Shown here: positions 24,801 to 38,094 of the stretch, in pieces
Numbering within the stretch: the stretch's first letter is position 1
Layout of the letters: each line of letters begins with the position of its first letter
Origin: Spizellomyces punctatus DAOM BR117
Taxonomy: Eukaryota
Length of the DNA: 64,000 nt
Assembly (NCBI GenBank): GCA_000182565.2
Contig: KQ257466.1
Reading direction: 5' to 3' (one strand)
Translations under genes and position numbers: made by a program
The notes under the pieces: generated by a model
Told to the model about the DNA's origin: nothing
The model's input: the letters and a program-made list of their open reading frames with translations, nothing else
Databases searched by the model: none

Positions 24801-27800
24801 TCAGAGCGTTAATGGCCGTCTCATCCTCCAACAAGTTGCCTTGACTGCTGCTTAAAATTGCCAGGATTTTGTCTTCAATCTCTTTCAATTGCTTCTTGTT
24901 ATTCGCGCTGGCAACGACCAAGCGATTTTTCTCCTCTTCAAGTTCGGGTCGTTCCTTTGCCGCGACAATGCCCAATAACTGGTCTTCTAGACCTTCCGGG
25001 GTGATCATAAAGTTGACTATCGTGACCTTAGTTGACAACTCGGGTAGGTAGTGGGGATTGCGCAACTTTGTAGTGATGTAAAACCTGAAGTCCGGGGAAT
25101 ACTCTATGACGGCTTCGCCGAGGCGTAGACACATGACCCCGCTTTGCTTAAAGATCTGCTTGGTGAGCAGTGGTTCCAACACGGAATCCACCTCCTCGCC
25201 AATATTCTCAAGAAGCACAGGTGTACCAAATTGTATGGCATTCTCAAGAGTGCGCACGTAATCTGCATCTGATAACTTGATCACAGCCAAGCGATTATTC
25301 TTCTCCATGTTTTTGATCCACTTATTTGCTTGACCTTGCGGATCAATAAATAGTGGCCATCGGCGGGTCTTGGTCGCGATGATACCATTGTCACCGGAAA
25401 AGCTATCGTTGGGTAAACCAGCCAGACTCCACGCTCGAAGTTGGATCGGGTCGCCCAATGTCGACACGAGGGAGAAAGTTGACGAACAAGGAATGCCGCT
25501 AGCAACACATAGCTGGTTCCATTCTCCGAGGCATACCTGCCTATAGGCCGACGTGAATGCTCCAAGATAAGCGATCACCGCGGCGGCCAAAAGGACATCA
25601 CCGGTCAGATTGTTATAAATGGCTGAGAGCGAACTGGCGGCTTCCGTCCATCGATCCTTCTCCCCTCCAAGCCCACCAATAAGTTGCTCGGCTCTGATTA
25701 GTTTTTTGCCGCAAAGATCAACTTGTTTTTCGAGATCAATTTTCTTCGCCGTCATAGCCTGAAACTGTGACTGAAGCGCAGCCATTTTATCTTCAACCTC
25801 CTTTAACTCCGCCTGTTTTTCATTCAGCTTGGCCATTTCGACGGCCAACTCCCCTTCCGCTTTCGCCAACGCCTGTTTCTTTGGTGCAACAACCTTAGCA
25901 ACGACGTCATATTTGTCCAGCGCTCTCACCCATTTGCAAAGACCCTCTGCCGCACCAGATGAGTTTTTCACAACATTGGGATCGAAATCTGGATTTGGCA
26001 TGTACGTCCGGCGGATTTTCTCCATTATTTTCGGGTCAATATTATCCTTGTCGTACGTTTTCAAACTCTGCAAAAAGTGAGAGTCACCCAGCACTTTCTG
26101 GGCCGGTCCCCAATAGTCCTCAACCATTTTGCCACTACCACCAGGATCTTTAATGCGCGCTGGTTTGATTCCTTTCATGATACAGATGGCTTCCATGACA
26201 AGTTTGACGGCTCCAGGCGGGTTCTTCATACTTTTCACGAGGGTAATATCTTGCGGCTTGAGAGTATCCAAAGCCTCAAGAGCACTTTCAAGAGCCGGAA
26301 TGGCTTCCGCTAAATCAGCTTCGCAATCATCTTTGATTGCTTTTGCTTCGCCTGCTTTTTTGTTAGCGGCCTCCTCATCCACTTTGACGACAGATCTCTT
26401 CTTTTCCACCTCGACACTTTCTCGTTTGATGACCTCCATTATCTTGTCAGTGTCAGCTTGCGTCTGGACTAACTGCGGTTGCAACTCATTAAGCTCTTTT
26501 TGCATTGTTCCGACTTGGCTAGCAGCACTGGCGAGTTGATCGAGTCCAGTTACATATCGACTTTTGAGTCCGTCGACTTCTCGACGTTTAGCTTCCAACA
26601 GTGTTTTATAGGTCTGAATGAGCTCAAGATAGCTCGTAGGAGTAACGTAGTTATGCCTCCGTAAGCCTTCGTAAAACTTTTGGGAAAGAACTCGACTACC
26701 GGTGTGGAATGCTTTGCACATTTTTACCACAGCAGGACGAACTTCAGGAGTTAGTTCTACATCCTCCAAAAATCGTGTGGCAACAATTTCGAGCGCATCC
26801 TCTGGCCAAGCCTGGAACCAGTCGATTGTGCAACAATTTACTAGCGATGGGAACATGCGCAACCGATTTCTGAACGCATCCCCAATGGGAGACATGCACA
26901 GAACGATATGAAGGTTTTCTTTGCACCGGGCAATAAACTGACTATATAATGCTGCTGGCGAGGCATCAAGTTTCGGATTATCCTTTGCTAGAGCTGCACG
27001 CACTTGCTCGATCACAGCGGCTTTTTCATCCGACGGGAAGATGTTCGGGACTTCTCCGGCATTGAGCATGTTGTTAATGTCCTCTAAGAACGATTCCAAT
27101 TGCAATTGGGTGTCACTGAACAAGAAGACAGAGGGTTTCCCTTGTGCGCCTGCGGCAATTAAAATCTTTTTCAAATCGTCTCTCCATTCGTTCATTCCGT
27201 ACGATTTTGAGATCTCGACCTGAAATAACTGATACTCGGCCATATACGCAGCGAGTTTGGTAAGACTTTGTCGCCCACTCCCACCAACACCCACTAAAAG
27301 GGCGTGTCCAGCGGGTTGCTTGAGGATTCGAGCAATGCGAGACACATGCTCAATGGCGAACCGGAAAATGACGAGATTCATTGGTGCTTTGCTCATCTGG
27401 TTGTATTCGTCCAGCCGAAGTTTAATGACTTCCGAGATTTTTGCCACATCGGTGACCTCTTCATAATACCTCACCGCAGCATCTGGCTGCGTGTAGTCTC
27501 CAAACATGAGCGATCGCATATCGTCATCTTCCACTTTTCCATCCTTGTTGGCGTCCAAGTGTGCAAATACTTCTTCAAACCGAACATCGAAATGCCGGAA
27601 TGTCAAATCTTTAACTGTGGTGAAAAACCAAGAGCGATCCGTATCGTCAACCAGTCGATCGTAGAAAACTCTGTATACTTCATGACACCATAAACGAATG
27701 ACTTTTGCAGGATCCTGAAAACGCTCAGGTGTGGCAAGCAAGAGCCCCTGAACAACTCTGGAGAAATCTCGCAAATTGAATACGTAATGTGACTTTGCCG

Positions 27801-30800
27801 GAGTCGGTAGTAAACTCGCAATTGCCGTATTGTACACTTCCAAAGTTGAAGAAATAAGTTTATCCTTCAGCGATACGACGGAAGGTTGGAAACCGTTGGT
27901 TGTTAAATGCCATTCGACAATTGTAGCAAAGATTTGTTTCATAGTTGTTTCCTCAAAGGTCGTGATTCCAACTGTGTTGAAGTGCCTCAGGAATCTGGAG
28001 GTAACAGGGTTCCGCCCACCGCCAGGCGGCCCCATCGCCGTAACAAACTGAATATCTACTAGTTGCATCGCAGAAGTATCTTTAAGATCGTACCATTGTC
28101 CATGATCCATCCACTGGCGCAACAACTCGATGGGAGGTTGCGCACCATACTTTTCGCGAGCTGGCATATTCAAGTCATCCACGAATATCACACACCGTTG
28201 ACCATGAACCGGGCCAAATACACCACGACGGCGTTTATCGAGCTTACTGAGGATGATATCCTGCGTCTGATTGGCGCTTGTTTGGGCCGAGAAATTGATG
28301 AAGACAGGTGTATACTTGTTTTGTGGTAAGCCAGACAGCAGCTTATTGTTGACGTAAACGGTCTTCCCTGTTCCCGTAGGTCCAACAAACAAAACTTGCT
28401 TTCCATGAGTGATGTATAGATCCAAAAGATGGCCATACCGAGCCGTATCTACTGTAGGAACTGTGATGGAGTTGAACTTCGCTTTAGCCGGAATTTCAAA
28501 CTTTGGAATCGTGTCTACCCAGAGCTTCCAAGAGCCTCCAAACTTTCGCTCTTTTTCAAATACATAATCGTATATAAGGCCATCTGCCGGGATGGGTTTA
28601 TCAATCTTGACGTTCCGCGGTGGTGAGTGTTCCGAATTATTCCCGTCGACGAGCGTCCTGAAAAAGCGATCAAACTTCTTCCGTGACTCCCCATCAATGG
28701 TTCCACCTAGGGACCAAGTGGCAGAAAAGAGGAATATGCAGTGCAACCACAGATTTTGAATATTAGGAGGCAGATTTTCCTCCGGTGACTTCTTCTCCGC
28801 GCTGAATTCGTCCATTTGGCACGAAATTAAGGTCATGAGCGAAACCACTAGATTAATGGGACTTGTGGGCACAAACTCGCGACAGCTTGTTCTCACAAAT
28901 TCCAACGTCGGTGGTACAACCCAGTCAAATAATGATTCCAAAAGCTGCTTCTGCTCCGGTCCTAGTGAAGGGGGCATGGTGGCTATCCACGATACCATCA
29001 ACGGACGCCAGCCTAAGGCATCAGGCTCCATGTAAATCATACCACATCGAGATACAGTAGCAGGAGAGGCTACAGCCAGATCAGCAACCTCAAACTGCAT
29101 ACTCATAGTAGGGGACATTGTCATGATCTCTCCACTGGTCAAACACAACTTTTTGTTGTCATCTAGCACGGTGTTCATGTTCTCAATCCAGATAGCATCA
29201 ACAGGCCCGTCAAAAATAATCCAGCGTCGTTCAGCCGCTCCTTTGACAGCAAACTCTCGAAATGTGTTTGCAAGAACTCCGTCGGTCCATTCGTGGGTGA
29301 CCGGGTCAAACTGTCCGTACAGCTGACCCATTGTGATAGATTTCGGATTGATAACCCGATACTCTACCTTTTTCTCACCACCTAAACCGTTTTCCGCCAT
29401 TTCATTCAGCGCAGCGGCCAGCACCCTGTAAGCCACGGTTTTGCCAGACCATGGTTGCCCTACCATCATGTATCCGTGACGAATACACATCATTTCGTAC
29501 GTCTGGATAATCTTTTCCAAGGCATTATCAACGGGCTGGAGGTTCATCTTTGCCATGGTGCCCGTGATAGCCGCCAAAAGGTGTCTGTAATCTGGGGTTG
29601 GAAGTTCCACTTTTGGGAACAAGTCAGCCGAGATGGCTTTAAACAAAGGAATATCTTGGGTCAAGAACTTCGGGAGGTTAACATCGTTGATAGATCGAAG
29701 CATGATGATGTGCTCATTTTCCCCAGGATATTTCAGTTTGAGATTTCCAGCGGCCGTGAGGACAGCTTTCACTGCTCTCATACCGTAATCATAGTGGTCT
29801 TGCGAGGATAGCTGTTCGGAGCATAGTTTATACGTGGCAACAATTTTACGAGCAAGTGTGCGTGCCTCGACAAATCCGTACGAATAAAGTGATATCTCTG
29901 CAATCAAAGCGTAGTCGGGTACCTATATTGACACAAATACGGGTAACTATATTATATCGTTTCATGTGACTGCGTTCATCCTCACCATCATAGCCACCGG
30001 CCTGAACAACGCTTTCAAGTTATCTGGCAACTCAGATCGCCCAGCATATCCCGGGTTCATCGTAATAAACACTGAGCAGCCTCTGTTCAATGAAATAGTT
30101 GTGCCTTCAAAAACAAACTTATCCATCTTAGCAACAACCGCTCTTTGAATAGTCAAGATTTGTTGTGCGACCACTGAGAGCACTTCCAAGTCAATTCGAT
30201 TGAACTCATCGAAACATGCCCAAGCTCCCGACGATGCGAGTCCTTTGAAAAATTTCCCCATGGCAATGTAATCGAGGCCATCTGAACAGTTGAAGACAAC
30301 ACATGCTTTCGCAATTGCTTTTGCGAGATCCTTGACGGACTCTGTTTTGCCGGTACCAGCGGGTCCTTCTGGAGCGCCGCCAAGATTAAGATCCAGAGCA
30401 CCAATGAGAGTACGGTAGCAACGATCAGTGAGGGGAGTAATAACGAGTCGAGGGCAGTTACCCAAGTATTCGTGGCCGTATTTGATTGTAGCGTTGATCA
30501 TGCGTACTTGAACGTCATCTTGTTCCCAGTAATAACGCAATTGAGATAGCCACCCAAAATCATTCTCCTGCGTCACTTCTTGCATCTCCAATTCTCCTAC
30601 CACATCTCGTGCATGGACGTCGATTACCACCAATGCGGATAGAGTCATTCGAGCCATAGGACTCAAGTCTCCACGAACGAGAGCGACAGTTTCTTCCAAT
30701 TGCTTTGTGCAAAGCTCCTTGTACGCACGGAGTCCTTGGACACCACCTTGTCGAATGGCCTCAGTAACCTCCTTCGTCCAAAATATCTGGCTAACGCAAA

Positions 30801-33800
30801 TGACAACTTGTCCAGGCCACTCGAGTACCCATTTCGACCGCGGCGTTTCAACGTACGCTTTCAATGCATTGCCAACCTGCTGGTGTACAGACGCTTGCAT
30901 TACTTTTTCTACTTGTAGCAGCCACTTTTCCACAGCACCCTTTGCCAAAGCAGGTTCAATAACCTCCTTGAGGCGAACTCGTTCACCCTCGCTGGAACAC
31001 ATGGCAATAATGCGCGTATTGTCTTGAAACGTAAGACTTGCAATGCCTTCGAAACATTTCTTTAGGTGAGGTTGGACTCGGAGGGGATCCTTTGTTTCCG
31101 CCAGGATTTCCAACAGCTCATCATTTGATAAGAAAAAGAAACGTGGGAAGAAGAGACGTTTCTTTTCCAGGTAATCATTGAGTCCTTTTTGAATGTCATC
31201 TAGCAAGACATTGCTGTCGTTGAGACGGTTCAACATTCCTGGCACGTGTGCCACAGAGAGGATTTTTGGATTCTCGGCTGTATTGGCCATTATGTCTCTC
31301 CACGTCTTGTCGACGACGCGGAACTTTTTACCCTCAGTGGGCATGGCTGCCATAATGTCTTCGCTCGTGAATATTGGCTCAAGATATAACCATGTAGCTT
31401 GAACCTTGAGCCAAGCATCAATAATCTCTTGAATGGTGATCAGCGTCGTTTCCCAATTCTTGACCTCCTCTTCGATAGGCTTCACAAATGGCGATCCACG
31501 CATGGTCTGCACTTTGACAATTTGATCGTCTAATAACGCTTGGACCTCTTCCAAGGACGACAAAATTCTCGTGCCAGTCTCTTTGTACTCAAGGCAGTTG
31601 AACACTAGCGGTTCCCACTCCTCCCGCATTTTACTCAGCGTCTTTTGAAGCGAGAACTCCTTCGACGCCGCATCTGAAATAGATTCAAACTGCCCGAGGT
31701 ATTGCTCTAGGTTCAGATCTAAAATCTTCGTTAAACTGGTCGATTCGTCGGGATGAATGGGTTGACCAACAATTTCAGCCATTTGCTCCCAGTGACGGTC
31801 CCGAAGGCCGGGATTTCGAAGAATGGTGATAAGCGGTAGGTGACCCTTGAACCTGTCAAGACGATTTTTGACGCTTTCGGCAACTTTCCGTGGAACAGGA
31901 AGCTCTGAAAATGTTTTTGTTAACTTGAACATAATGCGGAACATGCTCTGCACATTTTCTTCGACCGTCTCCGCATTTAATTCCCGGAACGATCCGTTCA
32001 TCCATTTCGAGTATTCGGTTTGGAAAGATGAAGTAGTTCCCCACAGTTGCTTATAGGGGTTGAGAAGGTCCAATGTCTGCTGAAGCTTCCCGAAAGGCGT
32101 CTTCTCCCATTCGAGTAGCTCCTCTTCAACATTTATACGACGAATTGTTTCATCTAACTCGTGCAATTTAGTTTCCAGAGCTTTAATCTTTTTAAGGTAC
32201 TCAGGTAGTTCTGACATTATACCGTAATCCTAAAATGAACAGAAGATGAGAAAAGAGGTCGCAGGTCCAGGACATGGTGCACAATACCTGGAACTTTTGC
32301 ACTTGCTCAAAGCACTCATCCAATTCGTCATTTGTTGTTCCAATCTTAGCCTTCAGATCTTCCTGAGCTTTCGCCTTCTTTTGCAACATCCTCTTCTTGC
32401 TTAATTCAAAGATCGGAAGAATTCTCCCAGGCCATGTGAAGGTCACACCGTTCAGCTTGATGTCTTCCTCGCTCATAAATGCATAACTCAGTAAGAAGTC
32501 TAGCCGCCTCTTTCCCCTTGTTATTTCATCTCGCAAGGCAACAATGTCTCGCTGTTTGGCGTTATCGACGTATTTCATCAGTTCAACAAGTTCCTCGGTG
32601 TCTGCGGGAGCTTTCATGGCTTTTGCAGATATCTTTTCGTAGGATTCACAAATACTGATTGAGGGTTGTGTGTGAGGTCAAGTTGAGTCGGCGGACGAAA
32701 TACGGGACTCATACCCAAGATTGATCTTCCGATTCATATCAGCCACCTGATCCACTAGGCGTTGAACGAGTTGTTGCGCTTTCGCGGATAGTTCAGTTTT
32801 CAACGCATCACATTCAAGGTAAATCATGCTAAAACGAACTATAGATGGTGAGCTGGCAATCTCCTCAATAATCTTGTTCAGCTTTTTGATTTCCTATCCA
32901 TTTCAATGAGATAAGCCTGTGCGGTTGAGGCTGTCAACATGTCTTGTGTCTCGTACCGTCTCATAGTCATCCAAATCGTGCTTCTCCCTCAGAAAGTCCT
33001 CTATCCTCTTCTCCGCCTTTGTCGTTAAAAGAGCCTTGTACTTGTCGTAACTCATCAAATGCTTTTGCGGTGCAACCGTGTTCTTGGACACGATGTTGCG
33101 GACGTATCTTCCTTCGCCAATACGATCATCGTCCAAAGTCATGGCTGGAAGGTAAAGATGCTCATGGGTCAGGCTCGAAAACAATTTTGTTTCCACGCGA
33201 GGAATGTCCCGTAGTGCTGTGACCATTTCGTCCAGGATCGAGACGATCATATTCTCGAGATCGCTCAGCGGTGGATCAAACCGAATCTGGGCACCAGAGA
33301 TGACCAGCCGGACAGTGAACACCGACGTGTCAGAATTACAGCTCGCAAATTGCGTGAAGAACCTCTCGAACTCGTCCAAAGAGGCATACATAATGGCCCA
33401 AAGCTGGTTCGACATTAGCGCACACACGGATTTGAAAAAACAATCCAAGCGGCGAAATCCCACATCCGGATCTTGGCACGACGTGGCGATACTATACCAT
33501 TGGTCCTTTGTGTTGAAGAACGTGCTGGCAACCAACGGTATCCACTCATTTAGCATTTTGTTCTTAAATGCCTGGCATTGGTTTTTCAGGATCGCCTGAA
33601 ACTCTTCCATTGTCATAGGAAGCACCGCCGGTGAGAACACACTCATATCCGCAACCCTTGAGTGCTTGAATTGCTCAAATATGGCCAGCACATCCAGCAT
33701 GACAGGATTTGTGACAAAGAGATTTTCGTCCATGTATCCCTTCGCACTGACCACACTCTCATGCCATGGTACTGGCGCTCGTGCAATTCGGGGACTGTAG

Positions 33801-35084
33801 GGTGTAAAGAAAGGTGGTATGCATAGACGTTCTTGTTCCGCTGGGTCTAACAAGATGTAGTCTACGATGCTGCGTTTGAGCGCCGTGGTGTATTCATCGC
33901 GAATTTCCTGCGTCACCACATTCCGCGTAGAAACTAACGAATCCGATGAAAGAAGCGTCGATGGAATAAGACTCCGCACGGCCTCCATGTTTGAGCGATC
34001 CATTGGCGCTATCGCATCATCTGGGATTCCCTTCTCCACGTAATACCAATACCGGTGCTCTGCCGTCAATTGTTTAGCAATATTGTCAGATTCGAGGTCA
34101 TAAGGATCCAATGCAGGTGGTGCCATTTGCGGGATTTCACCAAGGTCTTTCAAAGGTGGACAAGCAGTCGCAAGACGAGAGTATGGAGAAAGTGGTCTGC
34201 TTTCAACGTGGATGGGAGGCTTTTCGTGGCGCCGATCTAAACTGACAGTCCTGTATAATTTGTCAAATTTAAGGGAATCCCCCATCAACCTATCGAAAGA
34301 GCAACGCTCAACGAACCTCCTTTCACGACCTGATCTTGGACGCTTTGCTCGATCATTATCTATCCCTATGGAGGGCAACGAATTAGAACTATAGCCTGCC
34401 CACGTTTACTTTTAGGTGCAAGCTACCTCGCTCTCTATCACGCTTGGGTGGCAATGGTGGTATGCTCGGCATCTGCTTGATGTTCAGATCCGCAGCGTGT
34501 GGGCTGTAGTTGTTTCCGATCGTATCGGACACTGATCGGGCATACTTTTCCTCTTTGAATGGGGCTGCGCGGGTCCACGAAAAATGCTTTAAAAGAGGCG
34601 GTAGATTGGCATGAGACATGTCAATCGCAAATGGGAGGTTCTGTAGGAAAGGTCATTAGGAACAAAGAGCTCCAAGTGGGTTTTCAAGATGTACCAACCT
34701 CCTCGGATCCAGCTCCAGAGTCTCGACGTGGCTCAGGTTGGACGGGCTGAAATCGCTCAGGCAGGGCTTTCGGCTTTTGCGGAGTCTCTGCCTTCTTTGC
34801 ACCGACCATGATGCCGATGAGATCCGCAAAATTAAACTTGGATTCCTGTAGATTGACATCGATGGTAAAAAGATCCACTTGTTCATCGTAATCCATATTG
34901 AGCGTGAACACTCAAAAAAACGTACTTTGATCTCACTGTGGAGGGTCTCTCCATTGCTGAGCATATCCTGCCTTACGCCAGCAAGTCCCGAACCGGAGTT
35001 GACCCGAGATGTCGGCTGTATTGAAGCCTGTGTCACTGGGGGGGCAGCAGGAGGATTTCCGTCCGGCAAAAGAGGATCCTCCAT
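21818..35084 (-). CDS. DNAH7: Axonemal inner-arm (single-headed, DNAH3/7/12-type) dynein heavy chain, multi-exon; 1-nt frameshift near 23423
   Basis: Linker [20 protein letters not shown]-loops [24 protein letters not shown] and GVGGSGRQS; stalk/MTBD; C-terminal [37 protein letters not shown]. The short tail is typical of monomeric inner-arm dyneins. The paralog assignment is tentative. Confidence 0.95.
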
Positions 35085-36147
35085 GCTTGCACTGCTGCTT
35101 GAAGCCGAATCCTGCCGCTTTCGTAAAACAGTATGTGTTAGGAAGTCGTAGATAAGGAACTTGCAGCAGATGAGCAGGCTGTGTTTATGGTATATGGCCT
35201 TTACAGCTCCGCCGATCTAACACAGAGAAAGCGTGACTTGGAATGTCCGGTAGGTAGCTTACGAGATTAAAAAGTCCGGACTATATATAACAACATGGAT
35301 AACGTCGATGGAATATCACAGTCATCTTGTCAATAATGTCAGGATCGGAGTATCTCCAGTCACCGATTAGTAAGCAATCACACATCCAGTTCTCGAATCT
35401 GGTAATGACTACAAGCGGATTCACCCATAAATGCGAGCTCTCTGGGGTGAAGGATCGGTCTCCCGCTCGCTGTTTGCCCAAAAGGTGAAAACACCGCACA
35501 CATACACACATGCATATCGATTAAACCCGCACTCTGTAACGGCCTGTATCAACTGTGGCAAGTGTGCTGGAAATTATTCTGCTGCAAAAGACAAGGGAAA
35601 AATGTAAATCTGCTGCTAGTTGCGGACAACTCAGCCCCTGCCACATTGTTTAACTAAAAGGCCAAGTCCAAGCAAGTTGACAAGACGCGAGAGACTTGCA
35701 TAGCGCATGCCATCTTCATCCCATGTGCGCTACTTGCATCATGACCTAATGATTTCCCAATATGGATAAATGAATTCATTACGTTATCGTCAGTATCTGT
35801 CAGATCCTTTCTATTTTACTAGTTCTGGTCCAAGTACCTTTTTTTCTTGTTCGAATTTCCTGCTGGATGCAACGTACTCGGGACATCTTTCTTTTTAAAG
35901 CAGAAAGAAAGAAACTGGCAGCAGTAAAGCAAGCAAGTAGCAGCAGCATGTCCCATTTCAAGAATGAGTCAAAAGAAAAAGAAGAACTTGCTTGGCGGGG
36001 GAGTGGGGGGGAAGGAGATGCAATGGAGGGAAAAAAAAAAAGACCAGCCATAGCCACGGCTGGGAATGTTTCTCCTTTCTTATCTTCCCCTTCTTCCACA
36101 TATGCCAATGACATCGATTTGCCAGTGACCTCACCTACGTTGCAATG

Positions 36148-36156
36148 TATATAAAA
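36148..36156 (+). promoter_or_regulatory. TATA box upstream of the GH26 gene
   Basis: TATATAAAA about 90 nt upstream of the ATG at 36246. Confidence 0.55.
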
Positions 36157-36245
36157 GTAACCCCCCACAATGGCCCCCTCTCCCTGACACATACTGTCTG
36201 CCGTTGGACTTTCTACATAACGTGTGCACTTGCACTTTGAAAGCA

Positions 36246-37959
36246 ATGTTTCCGTCATTTCGCAATTTCATACTGCTGTCGTCCTGCTTGTCTGCTCTCG
36301 CTGCCCCTCTAGAACCACCATCGGGAGTGCTCTTTGGTGCCTGGTTGGGTGAGTTTTCCACATGATTGCTGTTCCCATCTCGGTAGCATTCTGATCCAGA
36401 TAGGGGTCGGTAGACACGTCACCAGGAAGAGGCGATTCACCGCTATTGTTCAACAAGAGACTCGGCCAGAATGCTTCTCTCTTTCAAATGGCCCTCGACA
36501 TTCCTCTCAACCAATCCGCGCTTCCACCAACCCACTTTGTCGATGAGACAAATACAGATGCCATTCTATACTTGACCGTCTATCCTCAGAAGCTCCCTAC
36601 TTTCACGCCAACTGGAAATGAAGTGTATCAAGTTCTTGCGCCAGACCAAGTCGTGAATGACTTTGCAAAACAGATTGCTGATTGGGTCAAGAATGGACGT
36701 AGAACATTGATTCGGTTAGCGCCTGAGATGAACGGTACGCGTTAAAACATGACAATGCGCAGCCCTTTCTGACTGCGCAGCCCGTTCTGACCTCCACCCT
36801 GTAAAATTATAGGCGGCTGGAACGCCTATGGGCAACGTCCTGTCCAATACATCAATCTCTGGCGTCGTGTTGTAACTGCCGTCAGGAACGCAGTTGCACA
36901 GTATCCAAACTCTGTAGCGTTCATCTGGTCACCAAACATTGGCAGCGGATACCCATTTCCAAATGGCGGCTTCAATCCTTTTACTGCTCAGCCGTATAGT
37001 GCAGCAAATGCTGTCGATGCCGCGGAATTTGCCGCATTGGACACTAACAAGGACGGTGTGCTGGATAACAAGGATGATCCGTATCTCCCGTACTGGCCGG
37101 GAACAGAGTAAGAGGGGATGTTGATCAAGGGACTTTAGGCAGACGCTAAATTCATCTGCTTCCTTTTCAGATATGTCGATTGGGTTGGCATATCCATATA
37201 CTACTATGGATTGTAAGTGACTAAGCTGGCGCATGTGTCTAGTCTCTACCCTAGGCCTAATCTTTCCCCTTGACCCGTTTTCGCAGAACATTTCCATGGC
37301 AGGAGAATGCTATCCCACCCGCAGGCTTCTTTCAAGCCAGCATTGAAGGCCAATTCAATGGCGTCCAAGGATCCCTTCAAGGTGTAAATTTTTATCAGAC
37401 ATATTCGGGAGCCACAAGTCAGTTCAAAAAGCCAATGATCATTTCAGAGGTGAACCGTCATCACTCTTTGTTTGCAGAATCGATCGTTTGCTGACATGGC
37501 TGTGCTGTAAATTTCAAGACGGGTGCTGCGTTTCACACCTACCTCATCGCAAACAATGCGCCCGTTCCAGCAGGAGCGGGGAACCTCCCTGTCAAGCAAG
37601 CCTTTTGGCGGCAATTCATGACCAATGCCACATTCCTTGCCGCCCATCCCAACCTGAAAGGCATCTGCCTATTTGAATTCGAAAAGGCGGAGGAAACAAC
37701 CTGGCGCGACTTCCGAATTACCAACGACACAAACATTCTGTCGGCTTTTGTCCAAGACATCAATCAGCCAGACATTCGAAATTTGTACGTATTTGCAAAT
37801 AGGACTGAGAAGAAGATCGTCACGGATCCAAAGAACGGTGGACAGACGAGTCCCGGTGGCACTGCAGGCACGAGCGCAAGCGCAGCTGTGCAACTGGGTC
37901 GTAATGTAGGAATGGTTGTGATGCTTGCCATCTTAGGTGCCCTCTTCACAACGCTGTAG
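36246..37959 (+). CDS. Secreted, probably GPI-anchored glycoside hydrolase family 26 protein, multi-exon
   Basis: Signal peptide MFPSFRNFILLSSCLSALA; LIRLAPEMNGGWNAYG (acid/base Glu), FIWSPNIG, DPYLPYWPG..YVDWVGISIY, KPMIISETG (nucleophile); G/S/T-rich spacer plus hydrophobic C-terminus. Confidence 0.88.
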
Positions 37960-38094
37960 ATACTCGAGCTATAATGATACTTTAGAACTTAATCTGCATG
38001 TATTTAGAAAGAGTAGCCGCTCTAGAAAAGGACATGAGCACCAGATAATATTACAAACTACCACGCAAAAGTATACCAGAGGGAGCCAAAAGGG

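Noticed and set aside
35800..36258. 152-aa minus-strand ORF between dynein and GH26
   Set aside because: Overlaps the purine-rich GH26 promoter and TATA box, and its composition mirrors homopolymer runs.
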